Both the position numbers and the translations under genes were made by a program. A DNA stretch of 63,497 bases, the filler included, from Octopus bimaculoides (Eukaryota): assembly GCF_001194135.2 (NCBI RefSeq). It is 4 parts of 4 records of this genome, joined end to end, with 100 filler letters (N's around TTAATTAATTAA, not from the genome) between each part and the next. Parts side by side here need not be neighbours in the genome. Positions count along the whole stretch, not along the records: positions 27,606 to 49,668 come from NC_068991.1; positions 49,769 to 61,158 come from NC_068986.1; 2 more parts are not named here. The stretch is one strand, 5' to 3'. Shown one piece after another: positions 35,953 through 50,334 of this stretch; within the stretch, counting starts at the first letter, position 1, and every line of letters begins with the position of its first letter. The notes beneath the pieces are model-generated. The model was not told where the DNA came from, searched no databases, and was given only the letters and a program-made list of their open reading frames with translations.

Positions 35953-36484
35953 CCAGGCAATGGCTCATATGGCTTCTGATCTTAACTGATTCGAGGTGTT
36001 ATCATGTACATGCTTTGTCTTGGTATAAAAGAAAGACGGACTACAGCAAATATTCAACTCAATACCACAGATTTGCTTGACAGTTTTTTTACCTTAATCA
36101 GTTGAGCATGTCCCTTAGTGATTGACAATGTGTATCTCTGATCATGTGCAGGAGTTGTCGGGGAGCATCATAGCCATATGTTGAGAGGAACTCTCTGGGG
36201 TTTGAATAATTCACCTCTGGAAACATGGGTGTTTCATTCCTCAACCTTAAACAAACCTTATTCGGGGACTTTTTGAACAGGGTGGGCTACTTGACCTGAA
36301 GAAAATTCTAGCTGGGTTCCACCTGCGAGATCATGCACTATTTACACTGATATAAGGTCACCATGTCACGCACATGTGGTTGTGATGTATGTGCCTTGTT
36401 AGACAGGTAGTCATGGTCGGTATATTTGGCTTCGTATATTTGTATCCCCGTGTCACTTTGACGGCATGCACTGCTCTCTCACTG
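35953..36484 (-). repeat. Repeat family D copy
   Basis: Reverse complement of 7904-8457. Confidence 0.85.
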
Positions 36485-36542
<58 letters not shown>

Positions 36543-36702
36543 ATAATAATAATAATAATGACGATGATGATAATGATGATGAAAATACTATAAGCAGAAG
36601 GCCTGAAATTTTGCCTGAAGACATGGCCGCAGTAAAGTGACTGAAACAAATAAAAGAATATATATGTGTGTGTATGTGTGTGTGCATGTATGTGCGTGTG
36701 TT

Positions 36703-36753
<51 letters not shown>

Positions 36754-37474
36754 GTCTATTTATTTATCTATCTATCTATATGAGAGAAAAAGAGGGAGGT
36801 GTGTGGAAGATACTTATTTTATAAGTAACTTCAGCTCTACTGAATTTTTCAATAATTTGCTTCGTCCACTTAACCAGTATTCTATTTTATAATATAAAAG
36901 GCCAGACAACGAAGGGCATATAGATGCATACATATGCACATGCATGCAAACATACATACATGTAGAGAGAAATAAAAGAGATGAGAGAGAGAGAGTGAGA
37001 GAAAGAACGCATGAGCGAGAGAGAGAGAGAGATTATAAGGAAGGGGAAAGTGAAGGAACAAAAGAGAAATTTTAGAATAAGATAAAGAGTATAATTATGA
37101 ATAAAATGAGAAATACTATAATAAAAAAAAAAATTTAATCGACAAAAACGTGGAGAGAGAGAGAGCCAAGGAGAAATTGATAATATAAAAGAAACAAAAG
37201 CGAGAAGGGTAAGTTGATAGTTAATGGTAAAAAGCGAAAAGGAGAATGAAAATATGTGTATGTGTGTGTGTTTCTCTACATGTGTGTGTATGCATGTGAT
37301 TGTGAAAGCAAAGTAGATAATGAGAAAGACATTTTCTATATAGAATTTATTTCTGGCGGGAACGATTTCGCCTTTGACATTTCGATGTTAATTAGCAGCA
37401 GGGGGCAGACACTATTGTCACCTCCAATCAATAATCGCGACATCATTTAATACTTTCTAATAATAATAATGATT

Positions 37475-37930
37475 CTTTCTAATTTTGGGCACAAAGCAAG
37501 CAATTATGTGGGAAAGGGGAAGCGGATTATATCGACCTCAGTGTTCAACTGGTATTTTATTTTATCGACCCTGAAAGGATGATGAAAAAACAAACAAAAA
37601 GAAAAACGCGGTTTCAGTGACATTTGAAATTAGAACATAAAGAGCCGGAAGAAATACCTCTCAGCATTTTGTCAGATGCGGCAACGATTCAGTCAGGTTG
37701 CCGCCTTAGGCAGAAGGGCCTGACTTTTTTTTTGGTGGGGGGAGGAAAGTTGATTTCATCGACTCCAGCACTCAACTGGTACTTACTTTATCGATCCCTT
37801 ATTTTTTCGGATGAAAGGCAAAGTCGACCTGGGCGGAATTTGAACTCAGGACGTAAGGGCGGATGAAACGCCGCTAAGAATTTTTCTCGGCGCGTTAACG
37901 AATCTGCCGACTTGCCGCCTTCGTTGCCTT
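37475..37930 (-). mobile_element. Two tandem SINE family A copies
   Basis: Two head-to-tail reverse-complement matches (~37475-37700, ~37700-37930). Confidence 0.7.
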
Positions 37931-39229
37931 TAAAATAATAATAATGGTTCCTGATTTACGCTGAAGTCCAACAATTCTGAAGATTCGAAGTTAGTCGCTC
38001 GACTCCAGTACCTAACTAGTAAACAATAATACGCTGTATGAAGTTGTCTTGGCAGCTGTTTGATTTCATTGTACGTCTCATTGCACAACACCTTGAGCAA
38101 GTGTCTTCTGACATAACCTGGAGTCAATTAAAATCTTATGAGTAAAATTTAGTAGCTGGAATATCAGTGTCAGTAGATGTTTGTCAGCGAGATTGAATAA
38201 GAATACTAGCTGAAGAACAAGAACGATACTGTTCTCGAGGTGGTAGACCTATTATCCGGCTTGACAACATCCGACTGTGATCTTTGTAGCGGGATCAATT
38301 CTGTGCTAAGCATTCCCAGCAGGATCTTCCGTCCGAGAATAAGTCATTCCATTTATCTCAGTTCTCATGTAGCCCCAAAATGTCTATGCGCGTTATCTCT
38401 TCTTCCTCCTAGTGTCATATAAAATCTCTCATGCATTCATACACATATGCCCCTTTCACACACACAAACAAGCGCACCAACACACTCATACATACAAGCA
38501 CACATACAGGCACGTGCACGCAAGCATATATTTTCTACTCCATCAAGACTTTCCTCAACGGTGGTTTCTTACCTGAAGTTGACATTTATAGATGGAGAAA
38601 CAGTATTTGTAATTGACTTTTTAGAAAGAAGTAAGATAATTATAATTACATTTAGAGTATGAGACACGAATTCTAAACCTTCTATTTAACGTCTAATACA
38701 CAAAACTGATTTAATACTTGCTGGGGAGTAGGGCAGCTGCTATGGTGATTTCTTCTTTTACAAAAGAATAAAATAATTATAACTGCATTAGAAAATGCGA
38801 CACGGATTCGAAATCTGTTTAGTGGCGAATGCACGAAATTGATATCATTGTATATTTAGAGAGTGAGGCGGCTGCTAATGTAATTTAAAGTCGGTTTCAG
38901 TACTTGCAGTACTAGGAATAGCAGCCATATTTTCCGAAAAGCAACCTCCAGTCGTAAGCAAGAAAGGATATATTGGTTGGGGAAGTCAGATATATCCTTA
39001 AAAAAAAAAAACTGGAGAAGGTCGTAGCTTGTATGTTTTTGATCAAAGATTTTCTAGTTCAACGTTAACTTGCGGATAAAACGTAACAGTATCAACTAGA
39101 ATATATTTTATGGACCTTAGGTGGATGAAAGACTAAATCGAAACAGAGAAAGTAGAGTGATACAAGTAAAACACTAGAAGGCATTTTGTCTGACCTCTGC
39201 CTATTTTACTACACAATATTTACGTCCAT

Positions 39230-39362
39230 ATTCTGCGGGGGTCGACTTTGCCTTTCATCCTTTCGGAGTCGATAAAATAAGTATCAGTTGAACACTGGGG
39301 TCGATGTAATAGACTTATCCCTCCCCGAAATTGCTGGCCTTGTGCCAAAACCTGAAATCAAT
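39230..39362 (+). mobile_element. SINE family A 3' part
   Basis: GGTCGACTTTGCCTTTCATCCTTTCGGAGTCGATAAAATAAG. Confidence 0.75.
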
Positions 39363-42040
39363 ATTTACGTCTGCTTAATGAAGCAGTACTTTATTTGATT
39401 GTAAAACATCACTGCTTCACTGAAGCTCAGCAAATTGTAGAAGATAAAACGAAAGGTGAGATAGAGGCTATGAATTTCTCAGAGTTATTTACAACAGAAT
39501 TATTGAAGTGAAACTACATCACGTAGGACTTGAATCGATTTGTTGACTTATCTTCCTGTGAAAGGGCTACTCGACTGTGCTGGAAACTCTTAAAAGATTT
39601 TCTTTGACGAGGTAGAAGATCGAGTTTGTTCACTGACGATGTGTGTTGAGGTCAACGACATGAAAAACAACGAACATCCAGAAGGAATTTCGACCAAAAA
39701 ACTGAAGGATATAAAGAATATAATACTCAGGTATTTTTCTGCGGTGTTTTAGCGATTTTTGCTTTCTTCTATATCAAAGAATTTCAGGAATTTTTTCTCT
39801 AACATTTCGTAATTTATTAGAAAGTTTAAAATAGACAATACTTCCATTCAAAGTTAAATCAACATATTTGATCTAATCAGATTACCTTGTATTGCAAAAA
39901 ACAACCAGCATTTCTTAGTGTGATTCCAATTATGATTATATAAAGAAGGTCAAGTTATAGAAAGTATGGCATCATCGAGAAATGAAATGTTAAAAGGTGT
40001 TTTGCTTCGAATCATTGAAAACAATCTGTTTGAATGTTATCTTTGTAAGTCATACGACGAACGACATTAAATATCTTCACGACATTTTAATTCACGACAT
40101 TAAATGTCTTCTTTTACAAATGCTTCATACCTCCATCAAACTATCAGTTAAAGATGAACAGGAACTTCACATTAGAAATAATTTTGACAAATTGCATTAC
40201 AGATTACTTGGCAAACCAACAGAATGTTTTTTTTATCTATTAAATTAAATGGCTATCGCACGGTGACGTTATATCAAGAGACTACGCCCATAAGTCACGT
40301 CAGTGAAATATGTGCAGTAGGGTTGTAGTTATAACCAAACCAAAGGATTTGATAAGCGATGACATTTCCAATGACAATTATTTACTTGATATACTCAAAT
40401 CTGTCTGGAAGATATCTTAAACATGCTGAAATAAATTCCGTTTCTTTCATTCACTGAGAATAATGGACGTCGGCCACTTTGTATGTTTTACTTCAGAAAT
40501 TTATGGGATAGGTTTGTTCTATTTCCAGAATGCCACGCAGCATAACGGAGAGTTTTGTTAACCTCGGATGTCACTATGGGACGATACTCTTTAAAGATTA
40601 GCTTTGATAAATATAATATGAATGTGAGTGTAAAAACCTGTAAACAACAAAACTGTCACTCTTTATATGTTTACAATATATGTGTGGATTTATAGTAGTA
40701 TATATAATCTCTCAGCATAGTTTCTTTAGAATCTTGAGACCTAGTAATGTAGCTAATTTAATTAGTAAGAACTCTTGAAATCTAAACTATTTTTCAATAT
40801 ATTTTTGAAAATATTTTCCCTCTTCAGCGTAACATCCCTGGTACCCTAATATGTTAAAAGTGGAAGACATAAATAGCATAAAAAAGATACCGAGATGAGC
40901 CGATATTACAACTCAAGTCGATGTATTTGAATTATATGTGGTGCAATTTTAAGGTCGTTAGCCAGTTGTGAGATCGTCGAATTGAACAGTATTTCCCAAG
41001 AAGAAGGATTGTTATGAGAATTGAAAAGTTGTGTTGCGGAAAAATCGCCATGTTTAACAAAACATGATCGACACTGTGGCAAAAAAAAAAACAAAACAAA
41101 AAAACCCCCAATTATATGGATGCAAAATTTATTTTGCTTTATCATTAAAATATAGGTGGAACGAAGGAGTGCACATTTCTGTTTTTTTTAAATAGATTGT
41201 TTAAAACTTCTCCAAACTTTATGGCAAAGAAAAAAAGAATGATCTCGAGGCAAAGATATATTTGGTTTTCCCATTTATTTAATTCCTTACGGTGTTTGTT
41301 CGAGATGTCTGTGCATTCCAGATCAAATCACAATGCTACCAGGTCACTGAGCATTGCATCTTTTCAGGGTTATTGAATAAGATACCAGTTAAGTACTGGT
41401 GCAACCTTCCTTGTGTCACAAATTTATTGTTTTGATAAGTCCCGCGAAAAGAGCATGATATCGACGACACACCAGGAATAACAAAATAAGGAATTGACGA
41501 CATCAAATGGGGAAAAGGAAAGTGGTTTTGTGACTATCATGTAATAGTCAACTATAAATGTGTTAGTACGTCAAATGATTTCAATTAGCACCATCTATGA
41601 CTCGAAACCGATATAGAGTGGCACAGAAGAACAGTTATCATTAGTGATATGTAATGTCTATAAACAAGTAATATCATTAAAGCATACAAAAATTTTTTTA
41701 AATAAAGAAACAGCAAGAGAAAACACAGACCAATGCCATTTGTGACCATAATGAAAAAAAATCAGAGAAGTGTGTTATATGCGACGTAACGACCTCGGAG
41801 AGCAACAGCAACAAACAAAAAATAATAGTTTTTGCAAGAGCAGTAAAAGAAAGACAATAGGATAATGATTGAGAAAGGTCATACTCAGATAATGGCATCA
41901 TCTAGTTATTGTAAGCAAAGTTATGTAGGACGCAATGAGAGTAATAGAAGAGATAGATAGTTCTCATGTAACCCTGATGTGCGCCGGAGATGTAAGCAAT
42001 TGTGTGTGCACACACACAGAAACACATATACATATGAGTA

Positions 42041-42107
<67 letters not shown>

Positions 42108-45043
42108 CATATATATCTGTTTATATAGATAATGAGTAAATATTCAAAAACGAATATTTGTAAAGATATATACATATGTGTGTGTGTATGTGTGTGGGTG
42201 CGTATGTGCGTGTGCTTGTATATATATATTTCTTTATCTTCAGATATAGTTGTAATAATAAAATCGACCCAAAGAGTGATATGAAATCATTTAATACGTA
42301 CATTTTATAATAGGAAATGCATCCATTGAAAAAATTGATGGGAAACTTTCAATATATTTGTAGTTAGAGCAGTAAATCGGCTACTTAGGAAGATGACAAC
42401 ATAAGAATTTCTATTCTCAAAGCCTTCTATAATATATCAGATATAAACAGCATAGATACCACTGCGTATTTAATAGAAAATCACTGAATTTATTACATTC
42501 TACAACCCCAACATAGAAGCAGTAATAGCAACACCCAACAGGTCTAAATTAAGAAAGTTAAATATTGTGCCTCCACTTGTTAGACAACGCAAGGAAACTA
42601 AAACTCAAATCTCTACTCACAGCACATTGAACCGCTTTCATATTCAACTTAGACCGAATCATCGCCAGGTAACCGAGAATAACTCAGCCACGACCGAACT
42701 GACTAATACTCCAATGGCAACAACTGAGCTAAAGAACTACCGACAATCAGCCAATCAACCACCAACCAACCAACCAACCAACCACATTACTATCATCACC
42801 ATAATCATCAGCAGTAGCAGATGGTTGTGAAGTTTGGTTGTGAAGTTTGCGAAACGAAATAGACAATAATTTGTTATTCTAATCATTGTTTTCGCTAAAA
42901 CTGAGGTTTGCAGCACAGACCAGCAATATATACAAAACTAAACACGAACATGTGTGTAGCCTGTACAATATCCTGATACACCGTTTCAATTTTGCTATAA
43001 TATTGTATCACTAACATTAGAACAGGTACCTGTGCTTGACCTTTAAATGAGGAGATCATTTGATATCCAATGTGTTGAAATCGAGAATTAGTAGTTCTCC
43101 CTCCATCGTAACTTATACAGACAAAAGTTCATCATCATTGCTTTATTATTCTTTTTATTTGCTCTATCTATTGAACTTAATGAGAACAAGTTGAGACAAT
43201 GTCAAATGTTATAGGATTTTTACTGTCATTTCAGTAAAACGACAACAGTTTTGTTTATCAACCTATTTAATTTTATCTTATTGCTAAATATATATAATAC
43301 AACCAATAGGAGATCGACCATATTTTACGCAACAAAATGAGTCGAGAATAAAACCAAACAAATTATTGATAAGTTGTCAATGGTTGGTTTGGCCTGAAAT
43401 GCTTTGTGGTTTAGTCACTTTAATACCGAAATTAGGTTTCCAATAGCGAAATGTTTCAAACAATTTGAAATTACGCATAACAAATTGGAAAACATTCGGA
43501 CAATTATTTCAGTTCAGCGAATGAAAATGCAAATATATGCAAAAACGTTAAGTGATAGCTATTAAAGCTAGTTTATAGTTTCTCGTTAAATATGCATGCA
43601 ATCCATTTCTTTTTACACGAACATCTACCAAGAACGTTTGTATATTTCAACGTGAAGATTAAAATTTGATTGATACTAATAATAATAGTGAAAAAGGAAA
43701 AACATATCTCAATTCTAATGCATCATAATTTAAAGGTATTTTCTTCCTATCACAGAAATGCAAAACTTTACGTTGATATTTTAATTAACTGTAAAGCCAA
43801 TTTTCGTTAAAAATTACACCAAATAGATATAAAACTCGAATCTTAGAAGGGGTCCTTCACTTATTCGTATGAATTACTGATAACGCGCGGAGTAAGAACT
43901 ATTTTTCTGACCGAGAAACTTTCTTCAAGACCTTGAATGATCATAATTCGATATGCTTATCGTTAGCTAATACAAGAAGGGAAGATTTGTTACGACATGA
44001 GATCATGCATAAGCATTGGTGGAACAGACGCATAATCGAATGTATTTCGATCATGCGTTATTTTGTATATTTGGGATTATATTCGCTAATGTGCCTTCCT
44101 TAATAGAGAGTGTAGGTTGTGATTTAGTAGAATTTGATTGCCATTTCGAGCTGGACGGCGATGTCTACATGCTTCTTTAACACAGACAATGTTAATGTCT
44201 TACATTTTGGAAGGAATAAAGAAAGTTTTGGTATTCATACAATATTTAAGAGTTTCAGGCTGCTATGAGGTATACTATTTTAAATGTAACACACAGACAG
44301 CGCTTATAGTTATAATGATTTCTACTGTTCAAAAAGCGAAAAGCGCCATATCTTAGGTGAGAGTGTGTATATTCGATTGAATTGAAAACACTTTTTGAAT
44401 CCAGAAAGGTAAAAGACAAAACATCTCTGTGGGTGTTTGAGCGCAGAAAGGAAAGGGACGTAAATCATAACATACTTGAAATCTTTTCTCTATCCCGGAA
44501 TGATATTGTGGAAACGTCAACATTGAGCAAACGCGACCACTTAATATAAAATATTTCTGATAGATAATCTTTACTTTCTCAGTGAGATTGTAACTAGTGA
44601 TGGGTCCATTAAAATAATAGCCATAAGTGGTTATTAATATCATTATTTATGGTAGAATATTCTATATTATATAAACGATGGGTTCATCGTTGGTTGGATT
44701 ACAGGAAAAAACGTGAATAGTAAAAATGAACCATACTGTTTAATTTTGCAGAAATCGATCTGCGTAGGACTTCAATTTTGAAGATATCCATACGTAATCA
44801 TATCTTAAATGCGTATAGAGGTGACACGATTGATAGGAGAATAAACAGAAAAAAAAAAGAAAAAAGAAATAAGGCGAAAGCAATAAGGAGTAGGTAATAT
44901 GAATATACAATGCTGCATTAATCTTATATAAGACGGTTAGAGAGAAAAGCAATCGGAGGTAGTTGGGTAGAAACCGTATTATGAGTGCTGGATGGCAATA
45001 TACGTCATATAACATATAATATAATACCCCACCCCATCCACAT

Positions 45044-45107
<64 letters not shown>

Positions 45108-45117
45108 NNNNNNNNNN

Positions 45118-45151
<34 letters not shown>

Positions 45152-45538
45152 TTGTGCATTTTTGTATTTGTATGTGCGTGTATGTTGTACGTGTGTGTGT
45201 GTGTGCGTGCGTTGTGTGCGTGTTTTTGTTTGTGTGTGTGTATATGGCTCTGATGAAGGATATTTTGTGTAGCCGAATGAAAATGGGAATATATTGACTA
45301 AAGCTTACGGGAAAGATAAATAAGAAATATGATTTAACCGTGAGTATTGAAGCGAGGTGTTTATCAGGGTTTTATAATAGGAAATATTGATGGCTACAGA
45401 TATCGTCCTTTGGTTAAGAATTTCGCGTGACCAGAAAGTGATTTAGACATATTGGGTAATTGTGCTTCAATGCAGTCTCGAGTTTTTGAGAAAAAATTGG
45501 TAGACAGAAGTTGCGGAAGAGTGTTGGCTATACGCGCG

Positions 45539-45579
<41 letters not shown>

Positions 45580-45592
45580 CCTCACACACATA

Positions 45593-45678
45593 CACAGACT
45601 CCCTCTCCCTCACAGACTCCCTCTCCCTCACAGACTCCCTCTCCTTCACAGACTCCCTCTCCCTCACACACACTCCCT
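45593..45678. repeat. 18-bp tandem repeat (CACAGACTCCCTCTCCCT) x ~4.5
   Basis: Directly visible. Confidence 0.85.
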
Positions 45679-46730
45679 CTTCCCCCCACTCCCTTTTCCC
45701 CCACACTCCTTCTCTTCCCCCACCGATTCAGAAAGCTGTGCTCAATACACATGCTGAAGAGGAAGTAGTTTTTTTATTATTAAAACTCGATCTGAGAGTT
45801 GGTCTCGTGATTCGAGCTGTACGCCACTGTGATATTCAGGCGAAACTCCGCATTCAAAATGACACAGTGCGAACAACGCTGGACATTTGAATTACTTGTA
45901 TAGTCCTTTTATACAGTTTCTCTCTACCATAAGTCATTCATAACACGTGGGGAAGCAAATTCTATGGTAATATATATTTGCCCCGAAGTGTTACGTATTA
46001 GGATCGAACTCGGAAATTCATGTAAACTTTCTAACCATTTGGACATGCTTGAATTCATAAAGTTATATATATTGACCACAGAAATCACATTGGTTTATCT
46101 TGCAGGTTTTTATCAAATAAAAACTATATGAATAGGGTTCTACTCGGAACGGTATGCTTGCTAGAAATAGTGGATAAATATCTCTTGTATCATATTCTGT
46201 TGTCTTAAACGACAAGAAATATATATAGCAATGTAATTTTAGAGTCAATATTCTTTCATATAATGGAGTAAAATCGCAATCTGGTTGATTTTTTATCATA
46301 TGGTCTTTTTACCCCATCCACGACTGACATGCAGATAAGCAACAACAGCAATTAATTTAATAAGTATTTTTGCAGCATATTCTCCTCAATAAAACTGCTG
46401 CTTTTCACAATTGTCTTTAAGCAGTGATAAAGACTGAAACAAAATTTTCTCATTTCTAAAATTATCGACGCCGGCGAAAGACTTCTTTAACAACGGAACA
46501 GATGTAGCAATTGTTTCTTCACAAAGACCAATTCTCTGTAGCAAGTTGTGTTCTAAAGAACTCCGATTTAATGCTTGGTTAATTTCTTTCTTTTTTCTCA
46601 AAGAAAAACACACTTGAATGATTCAAAACAAGTGAATGTTTTTGTTTTGTTTTTTTGTCCTGCTCACAAGAAAACGTGTTTAGTTTTTATTTTTATAGAG
46701 AGAAACAAATCGATATCGTTATTGTTTTAA

Positions 46731-46800
46731 GGCAATAACATTATAGGAAATAACATTATAGGAAATAACATTATAGGAAATAACATTATAGAAAATAACA
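46731..46800. repeat. 15-bp tandem repeat (GGAAATAACATTATA) x ~4.7
   Basis: Directly visible. Confidence 0.9.
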
Positions 46801-48019
46801 GTTGTGATGCCAAAAATTTTATGCTCGGTACTTGATGCATTAATTTCTCTATTGCAATATAAAGTTTTCTAAACACAACTGTGGCTTTAACTTAAACACA
46901 TTATTTGAAAGCATAAGACTTACATTCCCGTTACATTTGCAAATGTATAACCGTAGCCCTCGAGGTATAAAAAGCATTAAAAAAAAAATAAAAAGATCAT
47001 AACATTTGCAGAACCAATGTTGATGAATCCAAATCTACTGGTCTTACAATTTGTTGAGTGTTTTGAAATATCTATCTTTAAATGTCAAGAAAAGGACGGA
47101 AAATTGATTAGAACAAAAGTACCCATCTATAGAAGTAATTCTGTATATTAGTAGTTGTCGGCGTATTAATATTTTAGGAATCAAAAGGGTTTCATTTACT
47201 TTGTTAAAGTTTGTCTATGGAGCATTATATGAATCAATAGATACATAACGCATAAATTAACACTTATCTCTGTTAGGCATGGAATCGATGTTATCTTTGT
47301 ATTTAAATCTCACAACACCGGAAGGTTATAGAGTTATGTGTAAGGGAGCATGTAGGTACCTGCTGTTACATTAACTAAGTATTATGGCAAGAAATCCTAG
47401 AAAATGGAGCATAATGACAGAAGCGGCGATTCAATCATCATACTAGTCTTTGTGAGAAGCTTACTGCTGTTACCATGCATCTGTATATAATCGAGTGTAG
47501 GTTAGATTACAACTTCTACAATCAAATGTGGCGAAGATGTGATCTTGGGAATGACAATAATAAGCTGTGCAATGGTGTATCTTGGATTAAATGCTGTATT
47601 CTACTACATTAAAATCCTCCTAAAATCTTTCCCTTTTCACACTGAAACACAACAATCGATCATATTACATTCGATATAAACGATTGTTACATAATGGTGC
47701 CGAGATTTATAGCATTACGTACAAACATACTTATACATGTTTATAAAGACAAACCTTTATCTCAACTGATAGGAAATATTTACATATTTGCGTGAGACAC
47801 AAATTACTATTCAGTTGTTATTAGCAAAGTAATTATAAAAAGAGTATATTTGGTAATTTCAAGCAAACTGAGTTCATTCGATAGTGGGAGATATTTAATT
47901 ACACCAGTAGTGGTAGTATTAGTAGTAGTAGTAGTCATGATAATAATAATAACAATAACAATAATAATAATAATAAAATGATAATGATAATAATAATACT
48001 AATAAAAATAATAATTATG

Positions 48020-48242
48020 ATAATAATGGTTTCAAATTTTGCCACAAAGGCAGCGATTTTGGAGGAGGGGATGAGTAAATTACTTCGACCCCAGTGTTCA
48101 ACTGGTATTTATTCTATCAACCCAGAAGGGATGAAAGGCAAAATCGACGTCAGTGGAATTTGAGCTCAGAACGTTGTGACGGGCGAAATACCGTTAAGCA
48201 TTTCGTCCAGCGCTTACGATTCTGTCGTCTCATCGCCTTAGT
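48020..48242 (-). mobile_element. SINE family A copy
   Basis: Reverse-complement match. Confidence 0.7.
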
Positions 48243-48339
48243 AATGATAGTAATCGTAACAAGAGCACTGAGAGAGCGCAAACATCCGCCAAGGAAACAC
48301 CACCGTACACTCAACGATTAACTGAAGATGATTTTTAAA

Positions 48340-48623
48340 ACGAGAATATCTGAAATGAACTTGATTGCTCTAGAAAACGAGAATACTAAAAATGAACCCG
48401 AACACTCTAAAATCAAATAAAAAAAAACAGGAAAAATAATGCAGAATCCTTGTCCGATGCCGGATCGATCCCCAAATTTAAGCAGTTTGCGCCCGTCACG
48501 CGGTCAAACATCCCTGAAAGTTTCACCTGAATCCATCCAGCGGTTCTTGAGATATCTTGTTCACGGACAAACAAACAAACACGACTGAAACAATACCTCC
48601 GCCTTCGCTAAGGCAGAGGTAAT
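48340..48623 (+). mobile_element. Non-autonomous Helitron/Helentron-like element with 3' hairpin
   Basis: Ends in hairpin ACCTCCGCC-ttcgctaa-GGCAGAGGT (48595-48620) preceded by (ACAA)n; classification is by resemblance only. Confidence 0.45.
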
Positions 48624-48629
48624 AATAAC

Positions 48630-48669
<40 letters not shown>

Positions 48670-48747
48670 GTAAAGTTTCTCCTCCTCCTCTTCCTCCTCT
48701 TCCTCTTCCTCCTTATCATAATCATCATCATCATTATTATTAATATT

Positions 48748-48950
48748 AGGGCGGCGATCTGGCAGAATCGTCAGTACGTCGAACAAACTGATTAGCGGCA
48801 TTTCTACTGGTTTTACGTTCTGGGTTCAAATTCCGCCGAGGTCGACTTTGTCTTTCATCATTTTGGGGTCGATAAAATAAGTAAGAGTTGAGCAATGGGG
48901 TCGATGTAATCGACTTACCCTCTCTTCCGAAATTGCAGCCTTGTTTTAAA
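48748..48950 (+). mobile_element. SINE family A full-length copy
   Basis: TGGCAGAATCGTCAG...GGGTTCAAATTCCGCCGAGGTCGACTTTG. Confidence 0.8.
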
Positions 48951-49295
48951 AACAAAAAGAAAACAAAAAAATCATTATCATCATCATCATCATTATTTTC
49001 TACTTTTCTTTAATTGCAATATTCGGTGATTATTGAAACAAAATACGATCAACTATTCATGACAGCATTACCAGGGCTCACATTAATTATAAACACTTGT
49101 CATTACATAAGTGCATCACCATTAACAATTACACTTCCGTTTTCCAAGTAGTTCACATTACCAGCGAAACTCGAGCCAAAGAAGGTGAACAAAATACTTT
49201 GCAGTGGCTGTGTTTGTTTTCCACGTTCTGAGTTCAGATTATTTAAATCGAGTCCATACTTTCTTTCAAACTAGTGATCTTGTAAATATATTACT

Positions 49296-49448
49296 GGTTT
49301 CAAATTTTGGCAGAAGGCCAGCAGTTTCAGGGAGCGAGTAAGTCGATTACATCCACCCAGTACTTGAATGGTGCTTATTTTATCGACCCCAAAAAAATGA
49401 AAGGCAAAGTGGACCGTGGCGGAATTTGAACAGAGTACATAAAGACGG

Positions 49449-49450
<2 letters not shown>
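49296..49450 (-). mobile_element. SINE family A partial copy
   Basis: Reverse-complement match. Confidence 0.65.
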
Positions 49451-49487
<37 letters not shown>

Positions 49488-49491
49488 TGTC

Positions 49492-49526
<35 letters not shown>

Positions 49527-49668
49527 GTTACATAGTTATCTGCAAATTAATACAATACAATGTTCCCCGGGGATCCGTTACGGTTGAGCTTCTATATGAA
49601 TTTGGAACATGTATCGCAGGGCTCCAGAAACGGTGAAAAGAGTGTAGAAACTTTAAATATAGACCTCT

Positions 49669-49768
49669 NNNNNNNNNNNNNNNNNNNNNNNNNNNNNNNN
49701 NNNNNNNNNNNNTTAATTAATTAANNNNNNNNNNNNNNNNNNNNNNNNNNNNNNNNNNNNNNNNNNNN
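49669..49768. other. Synthetic scaffold spacer (44 N + TTAATTAATTAA + 44 N)
   Basis: Same 100-bp construct as 27506-27605. Confidence 0.95.
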
Positions 49769-50084
49769 ATATATATATATATACTTGGAAACGGATGCGT
49801 GGCGTTCGTTCATATCATAATATAAATAATATATAAATATATGCATATATCCATACATATATGTATATATCTACATCTATATGTATACATACATGCATAT
49901 ATGAGTACAGGACATAAAAGAAAGACTATAAACACAATGTGAAACGAAAACAAAGTCGAAGACAGAAAGCGAACTTTTTTCGATCAACGAAAAAAACAGA
50001 GAAACGAGACATGCAACATAAAGAATATTTCCCTTCATCAGTTGTCCCTGTTCCATCTACTCCGCTTTACGAAGGCAAGGACTA

Positions 50085-50334
50085 GGCGCAGGAGTGGCTG
50101 TGTGGTAAGTAGCTTGATTACCAACCACATGGTTCCGGGTTCATTCCCACTGCGTGGCACCTTGGGCAAGTGTCATCTACTATAGCCTCGGGCCGACCAA
50201 AGCCTTGTGAGTGGATTTGGTAGACGGAAACTGAAAGAAGCCCGTCATATATATGTATATATACATGTGTGTGTATATATTTGTGTGTCTGTGTTTGTCC
50301 TCCCAACATCGCTTGACAACCGATGGTTGTGTGT
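50085..50334 (+). mobile_element. tRNA-derived SINE (family B), 5' part
   Basis: A-box-like TGGCTGTGTGG (50095) and B-box GGTTCATTCCC (50138), then GGCACCTTGGGCAAGTG core; runs into a gap. Confidence 0.8.

Noticed and set aside
45250-45283. CUGAUGA-A-GGAUAU...GUAGCC-GAAU hammerhead-like motif
   Set aside because: Mismatch in stem II, GAAU instead of GAAAC, no stems I or III.
46386-46613. Non-repetitive 75-aa minus-strand ORF (EINQALNRSSLEHNLLQRIGLCEE...)
   Set aside because: No recognisable domain and no convincing splice sites; a BLASTx hit would be needed.
49562-49577. TTCCCCGGGGATCCGT resembling a pUC/M13 polylinker near a scaffold end
   Set aside because: Only ~15 nt of similarity with no flanking vector sequence; consistent with chance.
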